A program made the translations under genes and the position numbers. A DNA stretch of 64,000 bases from Patescibacteria group bacterium (GTDB lineage: Bacteria > Patescibacteriota > Minisyncoccia > Phycocordibacterales > Phycocordibacteraceae): contig JBBTSV010000001.1 of assembly GCA_038064595.1 (NCBI GenBank), forward strand, positions 1,915-65,914, written 5' to 3'. Positions 9,197 through 19,926 of this stretch are shown here, piece after piece; the stretch's first letter is position 1, and each line of letters begins with the position of its first letter. The notes under the pieces were generated by a model. The model did not search any database, was not told where the DNA came from, and was given only the letters and a program-made list of their open reading frames with translations.

Positions 9197-10759
9197 TTAC
9201 TGATTAGGAATCACTTTATAGTCTTTAGTTTCGTCTACCAGGACCACATCTCCCTCACGCAATCCTGACACTATCTCAACATAGCCATCGACACCGACTG
9301 ATCCGGTTTCGACATGGGTGCGCACAGGCATGTCATTTTGGAGCAGGTTGACCGTGGCGCTTTTACCAGCACCAGCGACGGCAGCGAGGGGGATAGCGAG
9401 TACGGACGGCTTATCAGCAACTTGAATGTGTGCGGATGCGGTGAGACCCGGACGGATATGCGCGTCGAACGGATCGAAGTAGACCGTCACTTTAAAATTA
9501 GGGACACTGTCTTGAGGGGTTGCCGTTGGATCAATGGAGCGCAGAGTGCCCGTAAATGACTCACCCGGGAATGCGTCAAGCATAATGGACACCCTCTGGC
9601 CGACCACTATTTTATTCGAGTGAACCTCTGGAACATACCCCTCAAGCTTTAAGGGTCCCGTAGCGATAAGGGAGAGCACGGTAGCTCCGGCGCCGACTGC
9701 TTCACCAACGTTTGGCTCTATCGAGGCGACGGTACCTGAAAGGGGAGCAACAAGAGTTTGGTCACTCAGCGTATCCTTTAGTTCGGCAACCAATTCACGC
9801 GCATGCGCAACGGCCGCTTCCTGTGCCTGACGCGCTTCGTGTGTTGGACCAGACAGGAGAAGATCGAGCTCGCGCTCTGCGACGGTGACCGCTGCTTGAG
9901 TGCTCCGCACGGCGCTATATGCCTCATCAAGGGTGCGATCAATCCCGGTAAGAGCCGTACGAGCGGTCGTCACCGCACTCTGTGCGGCGGCACTTTGGGT
10001 TGGATCGCCGCTTGCGAGAAAGGTCGTCAAATTATCGAGGATACCTGCGATGACCTGTATGTAGTCGTGCATGTCATCGGTGGCATCGAGTAACGCGTCG
10101 ACGGATCCAGTCTGGAGTGCCGTGATGCGTGATCGCCATGAGATAAGTTGTGGCTGGAGATTACGGCGGGCACTGAGTGTCTGGATACTTGTTTGTTGAT
10201 CGACGATAAGGATGGTGAACGAGGAATGTGTAAAGGACGGGTTCTGAATAAATTGATCAATAGTGACGCGGATGACCGTGTCGGTCATGCTTTGGGCACT
10301 CGCGATCACCTTCAGCAATGCCTTTTGTGCATTGGTAAAGGCAGTCTGGGCATCGGTTACCTGAGCACTGGCTACGGCTATCTGTTCAGGGCGGGTTCCA
10401 CGAAGAAGTTCACGTAATCGTGCGCTCTCCGCATCAAACTGTGCCTGTGCCTGTGCAAGCTGGTCTTTTACCGTCGAGCTCCGTAAGACTATCAGCGGGG
10501 TGGTGGTCGTCACCGAGTCCCCAACGTTCACGAGGACAGCTTCCACAATGCCGTTGTTTTTGAAAGCAAGATCAATCGTTTCGGCAGCTTTTGTTGTTCC
10601 GAACATATCGACTTGCTCGACTATGTGCCGGTAGCTCACGGGTACGGGTGTGAGCACCACTGATTGGGCACCCTGCATTTTTGCATAGCCGTACCATAGA
10701 CCAACGCCGCCGAGGACGACACCCACCACGACGGACACCACGGTCAGGATACGAGTCAT
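9197..10759 (-). CDS. efflux periplasmic adaptor subunit (HlyD/MacA-like)
   Basis: N-terminal TM helix, lipoyl-like V.VGD.V, long coiled coil, APLSG, VEIVSGLREGD. Confidence 0.85.
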   Translation of the reverse strand: MTRILTVVSVVVGVVLGGVGLWYGYAKMQGAQSVVLTPVPVSYRHIVEQVDMFGTTKAAETIDLAFKNNGIVEAVLVNVGDSVTTTTPLIVLRSSTVKDQLAQAQAQFDAESARLRELLRGTRPEQIAVASAQVTDAQTAFTNAQKALLKVIASAQSMTDTVIRVTIDQFIQNPSFTHSSFTILIVDQQTSIQTLSARRNLQPQLISWRSRITALQTGSVDALLDATDDMHDYIQVIAGILDNLTTFLASGDPTQSAAAQSAVTTARTALTGIDRTLDEAYSAVRSTQAAVTVAERELDLLLSGPTHEARQAQEAAVAHARELVAELKDTLSDQTLVAPLSGTVASIEPNVGEAVGAGATVLSLIATGPLKLEGYVPEVHSNKIVVGQRVSIMLDAFPGESFTGTLRSIDPTATPQDSVPNFKVTVYFDPFDAHIRPGLTASAHIQVADKPSVLAIPLAAVAGAGKSATVNLLQNDMPVRTHVETGSVGVDGYVEIVSGLREGDVVLVDETKDYKVIPNQ

Positions 10760-10788
10760 TATCCTCTATTGTAGAACATATTTTCCGT

Positions 10789-11496
10789 CTAGAGACCCAC
10801 CATTTGCTGAAGCGGGGATTGTGGAATATGGGTGACGTCAACGAGTTGGCCCTGTTTCAACTCGAGCACGCGTGTGGCCATACTAAGCGACTCTCGTTCA
10901 TGGGTCACCATAATAATCGTGGAACCCGCTTTGTGGATAGCTCTAAACATCGAAAGAATTTCAAGGGCGCTGGTAGTGTCCAGGTTGGCCGTCGGCTCAT
11001 CGGCCAATATATACGAGGGATTATGGGCGATTGCACGAGCAATCGAGACGCGTTGTTGTTGTCCACCTGAAAGTTTCGATGGTCGGTATTTGGCATGATC
11101 GCCCAGACCGACGCGGTCGAGTGCAGCACGGGCGAGTTCTTTTGCCTCAGCACGACTCTTTCCTCGCATAATGAGAGGGAGCACGACATTATCGAGAGCA
11201 CTCATCTCAGCCATCAGCCCATAATCTTGAAAGACGTACCCCAAACGGTCTAAGCGCAGATCAGATCGTGCGTTCCTTGAGAGTGTGCTTCCTACGAATC
11301 CATCAATACTGACCACCCCCTCGTTTGGGGTGTCGAGGAGACCCAAGAGGTAGAGCAGCGTTGACTTACCAGAACCGGAGCGGCCGGTGATAATAACAAA
11401 CTCACCCTCTGCGGCTACGAAATCAAGGTGCTCAAACACAATAAGCGAACTCTCGCCCGAAGCGAACTGTTTTTTTAAGTTGCGTGCCTCAAGCAT
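10789..11496 (-). CDS. MacB/LolD-type ABC ATP-binding protein
   Basis: GRSGSGKST, LSGGQQQR, LADEPTANLD, MVTHE. Confidence 0.9.
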   Translation of the reverse strand: MLEARNLKKQFASGESSLIVFEHLDFVAAEGEFVIITGRSGSGKSTLLYLLGLLDTPNEGVVSIDGFVGSTLSRNARSDLRLDRLGYVFQDYGLMAEMSALDNVVLPLIMRGKSRAEAKELARAALDRVGLGDHAKYRPSKLSGGQQQRVSIARAIAHNPSYILADEPTANLDTTSALEILSMFRAIHKAGSTIIMVTHERESLSMATRVLELKQGQLVDVTHIPQSPLQQMVGL

Positions 11497-11501
11497 AGGA
11501 G

Positions 11502-12788
11502 TTAGCGGCCGAGAATGGCATCGACGATTTCTTGTCGCATAATCATTCGTGCCGGGACAATGCTTGCGCACATAATCGCTATGTAGAGCACCAACGCTTT
11601 TACCCACGCCTCGGTGATCGATACAGAAAGGATACCATTACTGAAAGGAAAATCGATCGGGTGAGCAACGAAATATGGTTCAATAAGCATAAAATTAAGC
11701 GCAATGCCAATGACTGCGCCCAGTGAGGAAAAGAGCGATGATTGAGCCACATAACCTATCTCGATGCCACCCGGACGGACCCCGATGGCTTGTAGGATGC
11801 CGATAGAACGGCGGTGGGTGACCGTGTTGATAAATACCAAAATAAAGACCGCAATGAATGATATGACCAAGCCCGTACTTCCAAGAATCGTGCCCAACTG
11901 ACCGAATGTTGATGCAAAGTCTTGGAAAAATGACGGTTCGGAGTCACGACCATAGAGTATCAAACCGTTATTCCCTATAGGCGAACGCTTGAGCTGGTCT
12001 CGAATGGTGGGGGCACTCGCTCCAGGAGCAACTCTGACCGCGATCTCGTTGACTCCCCGATTCGTTCGTCCAAGCATAGCGCGAAGTTGAGCATCCACCA
12101 TGTAGGCACTCAAGTTTATTTCCTCCAATTTACTTGCCACGATTCCTTTTACGGTCATTTCTCGCTCAATACCGTTCAGCATGATACGTACTTTGTCTCC
12201 CACCCCAACCTTGGGGATGGGTATGGTACCAGGGAGTGCCGTGAGCGTTTTGTACCGTGCCAACAGGCTCGTACCGATGAGAATCTGGTTGTAATCCGTG
12301 GGACGTAAATACTCACCCTCAACAATGAGGTGAGAGAGCCCGGTCGTGGCATCTTCTGCGGTTGGGTCGATACCAATGAACGTCGAAATAATTACATCGG
12401 GAGTATCTTGTTCAGTGATCTTCTCTGCATAATTTCCCTCGATGATCCCGGTTGTTTTGTAACGCGGAGAAAACGAGGTAATAAGTGGCAGCGTTTTTAA
12501 ATAAGAGATTGTGTCGGGAGAGTTCAGGATGGCGTTTTTTCGATCGTGCTGGACGATCATAATGTCCCCCGTATAGTGATCTCGTCGCTCTTGGCGTAGC
12601 CCATCAACAATACCGACCAGCAGCCCACTGACCATGAGGAGGTTGAGATACGTCAGAATCATCACGACCACAATAAGGATTGACGTACCCTTATTCGCCA
12701 GCATCTGACGGTTTGCAAGGAAAAATCCAACACGGATCGTGTTCCAGGTGCGCCTGAATGAGGAGGGAGGCATACTACGAGGATCCAT
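11502..12788 (-). CDS. MacB/FtsX-like ABC permease
   Basis: TM - large extracytoplasmic domain - 3 TM layout; SIGILQAIG, PAR motif. Confidence 0.85.
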   Translation of the reverse strand: MDPRSMPPSSFRRTWNTIRVGFFLANRQMLANKGTSILIVVVMILTYLNLLMVSGLLVGIVDGLRQERRDHYTGDIMIVQHDRKNAILNSPDTISYLKTLPLITSFSPRYKTTGIIEGNYAEKITEQDTPDVIISTFIGIDPTAEDATTGLSHLIVEGEYLRPTDYNQILIGTSLLARYKTLTALPGTIPIPKVGVGDKVRIMLNGIEREMTVKGIVASKLEEINLSAYMVDAQLRAMLGRTNRGVNEIAVRVAPGASAPTIRDQLKRSPIGNNGLILYGRDSEPSFFQDFASTFGQLGTILGSTGLVISFIAVFILVFINTVTHRRSIGILQAIGVRPGGIEIGYVAQSSLFSSLGAVIGIALNFMLIEPYFVAHPIDFPFSNGILSVSITEAWVKALVLYIAIMCASIVPARMIMRQEIVDAILGR

Positions 12789-12857
12789 GCACTTTAGTAT
12801 AGCGCAAGGTGCTCCCTTAATAGTGAGGCACAATTCTAACTGGTATACTACAGAGCG

Positions 12858-14081
12858 ATGACCTCTCCTTCCCGTTATCGACCCCGCATTCTCTTTGTAA
12901 GTGAAGCAGTCACGCTCGCCCATCTTGCACGCCCGCTTGCGCTTGCTTCAGCACTCGCTGAAGATGAATACGATGTCCATCTTGCCGTTGGGGATGCGTT
13001 TGAGACAGTCGTGAAGCAGAGTGCGATCACACGACACACGATTACCAACCTTTCGCGTACTGAACTCATCAAACGTGTGCGACGTGGTGCGCCCCTCTTT
13101 GACCGCGCGACTCTTGAACGAGAGGTGGTTGAAGATCAGGCGCTCATCAGAGCCCTCCAACCAGATCTCATCATCGGAGACTTCCGGCTTTCGCTTGGGG
13201 TAAGCGCCCGCATCTGTCGGGTCCCGTACGCCGGCATCTCCAATGCATACTGGAGCCCATCAGTAGCCTCCTGGTACGAGGTACCGCCGACTTTGTTTAC
13301 CCGTGTGTGTCCGCTCCCGCTCGCCCAATTCTTTTTTGATCATGCACAGACGCACATCTTTGCGCACCACACTCGACCCTACAACCAGGTACGTGCGCAC
13401 TATGGTCTTCCCCCGATCCCGCCAACGCTTACACACCTGTATACCGACGCTGACCACATGCTCTACGCTGATCCCCCTGACTTATTCCGAGGGCCACAGT
13501 ATTTAGCAAATGAACATTTTCTAGGGTTCATGCCGTGGTCGCTCGAAGCCCCGCACCCCTCAACGATAGAGTTTCCCAATACACACGAACCGCTCTGTTA
13601 CGTCGCACTCGGCAGCAGCGGTGCGCACCATCTAACCGAGAAAATTATTCAAGCATTCGGTGCTCTGCCGGTACGCGCGCTCATCGGGCGCGACGCCCAT
13701 CTCGTTGACGTCCCCCTCTCGCCTAACGTGCGTTTGACGCCGCTTTTGTCGGCAGCAACGATAGCAGAAAAAGCTGATCTCTTGATTATCAATGGCGGAA
13801 GTACGATGACGAGTCATGCGATAACTGCTGGGAAGCCAATAATCGGTATATCGGACAACATTGACGCATTGCTCAACATGCAGCGGATCGTAGCAAGTGG
13901 TATCGGCCTCTCCTTTCGTACCGATCGCTTTACGTCTCGAATGTTTGCAGATGGAGTGATGCGGATATTAACTGACCCCACCTTTCGCACAGCCGCACAG
14001 CTCCTTCAACGCTCTGCAGCGCAGCACGACTTTCGGAGAAATATCAGGTCATTCATTTCTTCAGTGACTGGTATACAATAA
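12858..14081 (+). CDS. GT1/MGT-family glycosyltransferase
   Basis: AHLARPLALA, PDLIIGD, YVALGSSG, NGGSTM...AGKP. Confidence 0.85.
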   Translation: MTSPSRYRPRILFVSEAVTLAHLARPLALASALAEDEYDVHLAVGDAFETVVKQSAITRHTITNLSRTELIKRVRRGAPLFDRATLEREVVEDQALIRALQPDLIIGDFRLSLGVSARICRVPYAGISNAYWSPSVASWYEVPPTLFTRVCPLPLAQFFFDHAQTHIFAHHTRPYNQVRAHYGLPPIPPTLTHLYTDADHMLYADPPDLFRGPQYLANEHFLGFMPWSLEAPHPSTIEFPNTHEPLCYVALGSSGAHHLTEKIIQAFGALPVRALIGRDAHLVDVPLSPNVRLTPLLSAATIAEKADLLIINGGSTMTSHAITAGKPIIGISDNIDALLNMQRIVASGIGLSFRTDRFTSRMFADGVMRILTDPTFRTAAQLLQRSAAQHDFRRNIRSFISSVTGIQ

Positions 14082-14089
14082 AGGTACGC

Positions 14090-14758
14090 ATGAAAACCTC
14101 ACCTCTCGACCTTGTGTTCAACGGAGGTGCTTTCCTCCTCATTCTCGGGGGGGTGAGCGTGATTGTGCTCTGGTACGTTGCCCCCTTCACGACTGCGCTC
14201 ACGGGGGTATACCATCCCGTGTTTGATGTCGTGGTCGCGTCCGTCTTGTTTGGGGTAGGCGCAGGTATCCTGGTACGCACCACGCTTCTATTTCTCCCAC
14301 TTCAGCAAGGAACCTTTCGTATGGATCAACCGATTTTTACCTACTGGAAATTTCTCACCCTCACCTATTACACCGGGAAAGCTGCGCTCTCTCCAGTAAC
14401 GGTACTTCCACTTCGCCCGTGGGTGTTACGACTGTTTGGGGCACGTATTGGTAGCGACGTTGCGATTGATGGTGTGGTCGACACCCCGTTCCTCACCACC
14501 ATTGGCGATCGCACGCTTGTGGGAAACGGGTCACATCTTGCGGGGAACGTGACCCAGAACGGAGCACTGATTATCGGGCGTGTACAGATTGGATCAGACG
14601 TTACTATTTGTATGAATGCGGTCGTATTGCCGAATACGATCATCGGTGACCGTGCGGTCGTTGACATTGGCGCGGTGGTCATGCCCGGCTCGGTGATACC
14701 GGCAGGAGAGACCTGGCGGGGGAATCCGGCACGCAAGTGGCTCGGCGCGAGCGTCTAA
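14090..14758 (+). CDS. left-handed beta-helix acyltransferase with TM segments
   Basis: LFGARIG, hexapeptide repeats, WRGNPAR. Confidence 0.8.
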   Translation: MKTSPLDLVFNGGAFLLILGGVSVIVLWYVAPFTTALTGVYHPVFDVVVASVLFGVGAGILVRTTLLFLPLQQGTFRMDQPIFTYWKFLTLTYYTGKAALSPVTVLPLRPWVLRLFGARIGSDVAIDGVVDTPFLTTIGDRTLVGNGSHLAGNVTQNGALIIGRVQIGSDVTICMNAVVLPNTIIGDRAVVDIGAVVMPGSVIPAGETWRGNPARKWLGASV

Positions 14759-14762
14759 CACT

Positions 14763-15014
14763 ATGGATACGCGAGACAGAGTTCGCACCGTGTTTGACGA
14801 TACGCTCCAGCTCGGTGGACGCACCGCCGCGTGGGAGGAGACGACCCCGCTCCTCGGGAGCTTGGCCGAACTTGATTCGCTGACTATCTTTACGGTCATC
14901 GCTGCGCTCGAGAAAGAATTCGCTATCGCGTTTGATGATGGCGATATCAATGCCGAGGTGCTCGCGACACTCGGTTCACTCACCGCGTTTATCGACGAGA
15001 AACAGGCGACATAA
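14763..15014 (+). CDS. acyl carrier protein
   Basis: 83 aa, acidic, ELDSL phosphopantetheine motif, LEKEF. Confidence 0.9.
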   Translation: MDTRDRVRTVFDDTLQLGGRTAAWEETTPLLGSLAELDSLTIFTVIAALEKEFAIAFDDGDINAEVLATLGSLTAFIDEKQAT

Positions 15015-15020
15015 TCTGCC

Positions 15021-16601
15021 ATGATCATCCTCGTTCACGATCTCATAGCATCTGCAGCAGAGCGGTGGGGGGAACGGGTTGCGTTGCGGTACCAGAATCA
15101 AGAACTCACCTACCGGGCGCTCGCAGACGCGGTCGCCGCGAGCGCGTCCGGCTACAGGGCTCTCGGGCTTGCGCGCGGCGATCGTGTTGCGGTGTATACC
15201 GAGAAACGTCTCGAGACCGTCATCGCGCTCTTTGGCGCCACACATGCTGGTGGGGTCATGGTGCCTGTTAATCCGGTACTCAAGGCCAATCAGGTCGCAC
15301 ATATTGTACGCGACAGCACCGCACGCATACTTGTGACTACGAGTGAGCGGGTCGCGAGCCTCTCCGCCGTGCTTGATACCTGCCCAAGCCTCACTCACGT
15401 GATCTGTATCGGTGAAGCGCCCATTGACCACTCGGCGCGATTCTCGTGGGTTGGGTGGTCGTCTCTTCTGGAACAGGTGCCGTGTGAAGGTCACCGCACT
15501 ATTGATAGCGATATCGCCGCGCTCCTCTATACCTCCGGGAGTACGGGGAGACCCAAGGGCGTGATCATACCGCATCGTGTGCTCTGTGCGGGCGCGGCAA
15601 GTGTCGCAACGTATCTCGAGCTGACCGCCAAGGAGCGTGTGCTCGCCGTTCTCCCACTCTCTTTTGATTATGGTCTCAATCAACTGACGGCGACGTGGTA
15701 TGCAGGCGGCTGCGTGGTACTCATGAACCATCTTCTCGTAAAGGACATTATTTCTATGGTGGAGAAGGAGAAGATTACCGGTCTTGCGGCGGTGCCCGCA
15801 CTCTGGATCCAGCTCGCGCAGCTCTCATGGCCGCCCGCGTGTCGTGCCCACCTACGCTATATCACGAACTCTGGTGGGCATATGCCCAATGAAACGCTTG
15901 CGCGTTTACGTGCCGCGCTCCCGACCACCACTCCATACCTGATGTACGGCCTCACCGAGAGCTTCCGCTCGACCTACCTGCCACCGGCCGATCTTGATAC
16001 GCGCCCCGACTCTATCGGAAAAGCGATCCCGAATGCAGAGGTTTTGGTGGTACGCCCAGACGGCACTCCCTGCGCGCCGCATGAGCCGGGAGAGCTCGTG
16101 CATCGCGGCACACTGGTCGCACTTGGATACTGGAACGACCCGGAGAAGACCAAGGAGCGTTTTCGTCCGCTTCCGGGGCAGCGCCCCGAATTGCCTCTCG
16201 CCGAGCTTTGTGTGTGGTCCGGCGATACGGTTACTATGGATGAGGACGGGTACCTCTATTATGTTGGGCGCACTGATGAAATGATTAAGACGTCGGGGTA
16301 TCGAGTGAGCCCGACAGAGATCGAGGAGGTACTCTATGCCACGAAGCTCGTTGGGGAGGTCGCTGTTTTCGGCGTCCCGCATCCGGAGCTCGGGCAGGCA
16401 ATCGCGGTAGTCGCGACCCCCGCCTTGGGCACTGATCTCTCGCCCGAGACGCTGCTCACTGTCTGTCGACAGCGCTTCCCGCGCTATATGGTCCCAGCTC
16501 ATCTCGAGGTTGTGCACGGACCGCTTCCGGTGAACGCCAATGGGAAGTTCGACCGCCGTCTGCTTGCCGAAGAACGGAAACACGTATGCATCACATCTTA
16601 A
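15021..16601 (+). CDS. AMP-forming acyl-CoA/acyl-ACP ligase (exosortase A-associated type)
   Basis: YTSGSTGRPKG, MYGLTE, SGD, KTSGYRVSP, NGKFDR. Confidence 0.92.
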   Translation: MIILVHDLIASAAERWGERVALRYQNQELTYRALADAVAASASGYRALGLARGDRVAVYTEKRLETVIALFGATHAGGVMVPVNPVLKANQVAHIVRDSTARILVTTSERVASLSAVLDTCPSLTHVICIGEAPIDHSARFSWVGWSSLLEQVPCEGHRTIDSDIAALLYTSGSTGRPKGVIIPHRVLCAGAASVATYLELTAKERVLAVLPLSFDYGLNQLTATWYAGGCVVLMNHLLVKDIISMVEKEKITGLAAVPALWIQLAQLSWPPACRAHLRYITNSGGHMPNETLARLRAALPTTTPYLMYGLTESFRSTYLPPADLDTRPDSIGKAIPNAEVLVVRPDGTPCAPHEPGELVHRGTLVALGYWNDPEKTKERFRPLPGQRPELPLAELCVWSGDTVTMDEDGYLYYVGRTDEMIKTSGYRVSPTEIEEVLYATKLVGEVAVFGVPHPELGQAIAVVATPALGTDLSPETLLTVCRQRFPRYMVPAHLEVVHGPLPVNANGKFDRRLLAEERKHVCITS

Positions 16602-17800
16602 ACTCTTTTTCTACCACCAACCACGAGCTCGTCATCGGCGGTGTGCCGCTCACAACGCTCGTGGCGCGTGTTGGCTCCACCCCTTTGTATGTCTATGATC
16701 GAGAGCGGATCACTGACCGGGTTGCACTTCTGCGGAAACACCTCTCGCCGATGCTCAACGTCTCCTATGCCATGAAGGCAAACCCCATGCCCGCCGTGCT
16801 CGCGCACCTTGCGTCACAGGTTGATGGCTTTGACGTCTCCTCGCTTACCGAGATGACGCGGGCGCTCGATACAGGCATGCCAGCTACCGCGATAAGCTTT
16901 TCTGGACCGGGGAAAACTGAAAAAGAAATCACCTGTGCCGTGGCGGCGGGCGTACTCCTCCATGTGGAGTCGCTCCGCGAGCTGCGAGCAGTTATCGCTG
17001 CGGGGATAGCACTCGGACAGACACCACGCATTGCACTCCGGATCAATCCGGATTTTGCGGTGAAGGGGGTAAAGATAAAAATGGGCGGGATGACCCAGTT
17101 TGGTGTTGATCCGGAGACCGTCCCCGAGATGCTCACGATGCTCACGGCAGCCGGTCTTACCTGTGAAGGATTCCACATCTTCTGTGGCTCGCAGAACCTG
17201 CATGCCGACCTCGCAGTTACTGTGGTGAAGGACTCTCTTGCGCTCCTGTATCGTCTCTCTGCGCAGCTCCCCGCGCCGCCGCGTTCGCTCGTCCTCGGTG
17301 GCGGGTTCGGCATCCCGTATTTCCCGGGTGACGAGCCACTTGATATAGCTGCCGTGGGGAAGGGGCTCCAGCCTCTCCTGACTGAAGCGAAAGCGCATTT
17401 TCCCGAGGCAGTCATTGGTATGGAGCTTGGGCGCTATCTGGTGGGCGAAGCCGGGGTATATGTCGCGCGGGTGATAGACACAAAAACGGTACGGGAAAAA
17501 ACCTTTGTCGTCACCGATGGCGGACTCCATCACCACCTACCCGCCTCGGGGAACTTTGGGCAGTTTATCCGCCGCAACTACCCCGTCGCCATCGGTAACC
17601 GCATGAACACCCCAGCCACTGAGATCGTCTCAATCGTGGGGCCACTGTGCACCACCCTCGATCTTCTGGCCGACTCGGTGCAGCTGCCGCACGTGAGTAT
17701 TGGCGATCTGGTGGTCGTCTTTCAGTCGGGAGCGTACGGCCTCACTGCAAGCCCCCTCGACTTTCTCAGTCACCCACACCCCGTCGAAGTACTGGTCTAG
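16586..17800 (+). CDS. PLP-dependent decarboxylase, LysA/ODC fold (exosortase A-associated type)
   Basis: YAMKANP, HIFCGSQ, GGGFG, ELGRY, GPLCT, GAYG. Confidence 0.92.
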   Translation: MHHILNSFSTTNHELVIGGVPLTTLVARVGSTPLYVYDRERITDRVALLRKHLSPMLNVSYAMKANPMPAVLAHLASQVDGFDVSSLTEMTRALDTGMPATAISFSGPGKTEKEITCAVAAGVLLHVESLRELRAVIAAGIALGQTPRIALRINPDFAVKGVKIKMGGMTQFGVDPETVPEMLTMLTAAGLTCEGFHIFCGSQNLHADLAVTVVKDSLALLYRLSAQLPAPPRSLVLGGGFGIPYFPGDEPLDIAAVGKGLQPLLTEAKAHFPEAVIGMELGRYLVGEAGVYVARVIDTKTVREKTFVVTDGGLHHHLPASGNFGQFIRRNYPVAIGNRMNTPATEIVSIVGPLCTTLDLLADSVQLPHVSIGDLVVVFQSGAYGLTASPLDFLSHPHPVEVLV

Positions 17801-17822
17801 AAGGCGGTATACTATACGTACT

Positions 17823-18683
17823 ATGTCCGTTGATGCTTGGTCATACCGTGAAGCGTTTGATCGCAACAGAAAGCTCATTAGTGACGATCATCAAGAAAAA
17901 CTCGAGCAGGCGCGCGTCGCGATCGCGGGGCTCGGCGGGGTCGGCGGGATCCACGCCACCACGCTTGCGCGGCTTGGGATAGGGCACTTCAGCATCGCTG
18001 ACCCCGATACGTTTGAGCTCTCCAATATCAATCGGCAACAAGGGGCGAACACCACCACCCTTAACATGCCCAAGAACATCACCCTCGAGCGGCTCATAAA
18101 AGAGATTAACCCCACAGCCGAGGTGCGCGTGAGCGGCGCCCTGACCGAAGAAAATATCGACGCCTTTCTCGAGGGAGCAACGCTTGCCGTCGACGGTATC
18201 GATTTCTTCACTATAAGTGCCCGCCGTCTCCTCTACCGCACATGCCGCGCGCGCGGGATCCCGGTCCTGGGCGCCGGACCAATCGGCTTTGGGTCCTCGA
18301 TGCTCAACTTCAGCCCCACTGGCATGAGCTTCGACGACTACATGAACATCACCGATGCCTTGCCGGAGCGTGAGCAGATACTCCACTTCGCGCTTGGTAT
18401 CGCACCGCGCATGCTCCAACGTTCCTACTTTGCGCCCACGACTATCGACTTCGCGGGTCATCACGCCCCCTCCTCCGTGCTGGGGACCCTCGCGTGTGCC
18501 AACTTCGTTGGTTGTGAGGCGTACAAGATTATCGTCGGACTCCCGTATGAGAGTGCACCGGTTTCCTGGCACTTCGACCCCTACGTGCGAAAGCTCCGAC
18601 GCTGCAACCTATGGGGAGGGAATCGTAACCCCATTCAGCGCTTCAAAAAATGGTATTTTATACATATCCTTAAATTGAAATGA
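17823..18683 (+). CDS. ThiF/MoeB/E1-like adenylyltransferase
   Basis: GLGGVGG, DPDTFELSNINRQ, INP, DGID. Confidence 0.9.
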   Translation: MSVDAWSYREAFDRNRKLISDDHQEKLEQARVAIAGLGGVGGIHATTLARLGIGHFSIADPDTFELSNINRQQGANTTTLNMPKNITLERLIKEINPTAEVRVSGALTEENIDAFLEGATLAVDGIDFFTISARRLLYRTCRARGIPVLGAGPIGFGSSMLNFSPTGMSFDDYMNITDALPEREQILHFALGIAPRMLQRSYFAPTTIDFAGHHAPSSVLGTLACANFVGCEAYKIIVGLPYESAPVSWHFDPYVRKLRRCNLWGGNRNPIQRFKKWYFIHILKLK

Positions 18684-19324
18684 CCGCAACGCTCACTAAG
18701 AGGGTCGGCATACGCTCGCTCGACACCATATTCCGCACGACCCAGCTCATTACCTACCCCTTCAACTGGTGGCTCAGTCGGCGTATCAAGCTGACGGCAC
18801 GGGTGCCCTATACCTTCAGCGTACCGCGCGGGACCCTGGTGCTTGCAAATCACCGGAGTCTCTTTGATCCGTTTTTGATCGCGTATCACTTGGGGATGGA
18901 GAATTGGCTCCACACGATCCCCACGCGCTATCCGGCGACTCCTGACTATACGCTTCGCCCCATCCTTGGTTCGGTGATACGTGCGCTCGGCGCCTACAAC
19001 ATCGGTAGGACACCGATGGAGCGCGCCAAGAAGCTCGTGTTTACCCGTGACCTGCTTGATCGCGGATGTACGGTCCTCCTTTTTCCAGAAGGGAAGATTG
19101 TAGATAACGGGGAAGTGGTCGCCGAGTTTCAGCGGGGTATCAAGATGCTTTTCGCCCAGGACTACCCGATCGTCCTCGTCCGCCTCTCGGGCTTCAACAC
19201 CCACTCATTTCTGCGTCCCCATACCGTCGCCGACGCCCGTATTGAGTACAGCCCCGTTATCCGAGGGACTCCCGAGATGAAGCTCGAGCAACTCCGCACG
19301 TTTTACGGCTTACGCGATGTATGA
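18680..19324 (+). CDS. PlsC-family (lysophospholipid) acyltransferase
   Basis: NHRSLFD (HX4D) and FPEG motifs. Confidence 0.88.
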   Translation: MTATLTKRVGIRSLDTIFRTTQLITYPFNWWLSRRIKLTARVPYTFSVPRGTLVLANHRSLFDPFLIAYHLGMENWLHTIPTRYPATPDYTLRPILGSVIRALGAYNIGRTPMERAKKLVFTRDLLDRGCTVLLFPEGKIVDNGEVVAEFQRGIKMLFAQDYPIVLVRLSGFNTHSFLRPHTVADARIEYSPVIRGTPEMKLEQLRTFYGLRDV

Positions 19325-19926
19325 TCTGGGATCTGGTGCGCAGTAGCGAGACGACGCGCGCGGCGCTCTCTACCGCCGGACATCAGGCAGCCACGCGCGC
19401 GGCACAGCGCGCCCTGCAGATCAGCGACCCGCGTGGAGAGCACCACACCATTGCTATCGAGAAAGATGTACTTGGGAAGCCGGAGGCGCGTGTGCTGGGG
19501 AGTGCCCAGTCAGTCGCGGTGTCCATATCACACGCAGCTCCGTTTGTCTGTGCGGTCGCGGATACGGCGCCGGTACTGCTCGGTACCGACATCGAGCGTA
19601 TCCGCCCGTGCACCACTGCCGTTTGGGAGGCCTGTCTCACCCCCGCGGAAAAAGCGTTCATCGCGGCCGCGCCGCGCCGCGAGCGCGAGATGCTCCAGAT
19701 TCGCGCGTGGTCGCTCAAGGAGGCGGTACTGAAGGCATTTGGGGTGGGGTTGCGCGTGCATCCGCGCAATGTTGATGTGACCAATGCGCTTGGGGCGACC
19801 ACCTCGACCGTGCGTATTGGATGGCGGGGGGTGTGGCATACTGCAACGGTAGAGTGGATGCACCTTAACCCCACCTATGTCGCGGTGGCGGTTGCATTTC
19901 CTTTTTCAGCTCGTACACTAGAGTGA
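19321..19926 (+). CDS. 4'-phosphopantetheinyl transferase (Sfp-type)
   Basis: GKP, SISH, GTDIE, WSLKEAVLKA. Confidence 0.9.
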   Translation: MIWDLVRSSETTRAALSTAGHQAATRAAQRALQISDPRGEHHTIAIEKDVLGKPEARVLGSAQSVAVSISHAAPFVCAVADTAPVLLGTDIERIRPCTTAVWEACLTPAEKAFIAAAPRREREMLQIRAWSLKEAVLKAFGVGLRVHPRNVDVTNALGATTSTVRIGWRGVWHTATVEWMHLNPTYVAVAVAFPFSARTLE

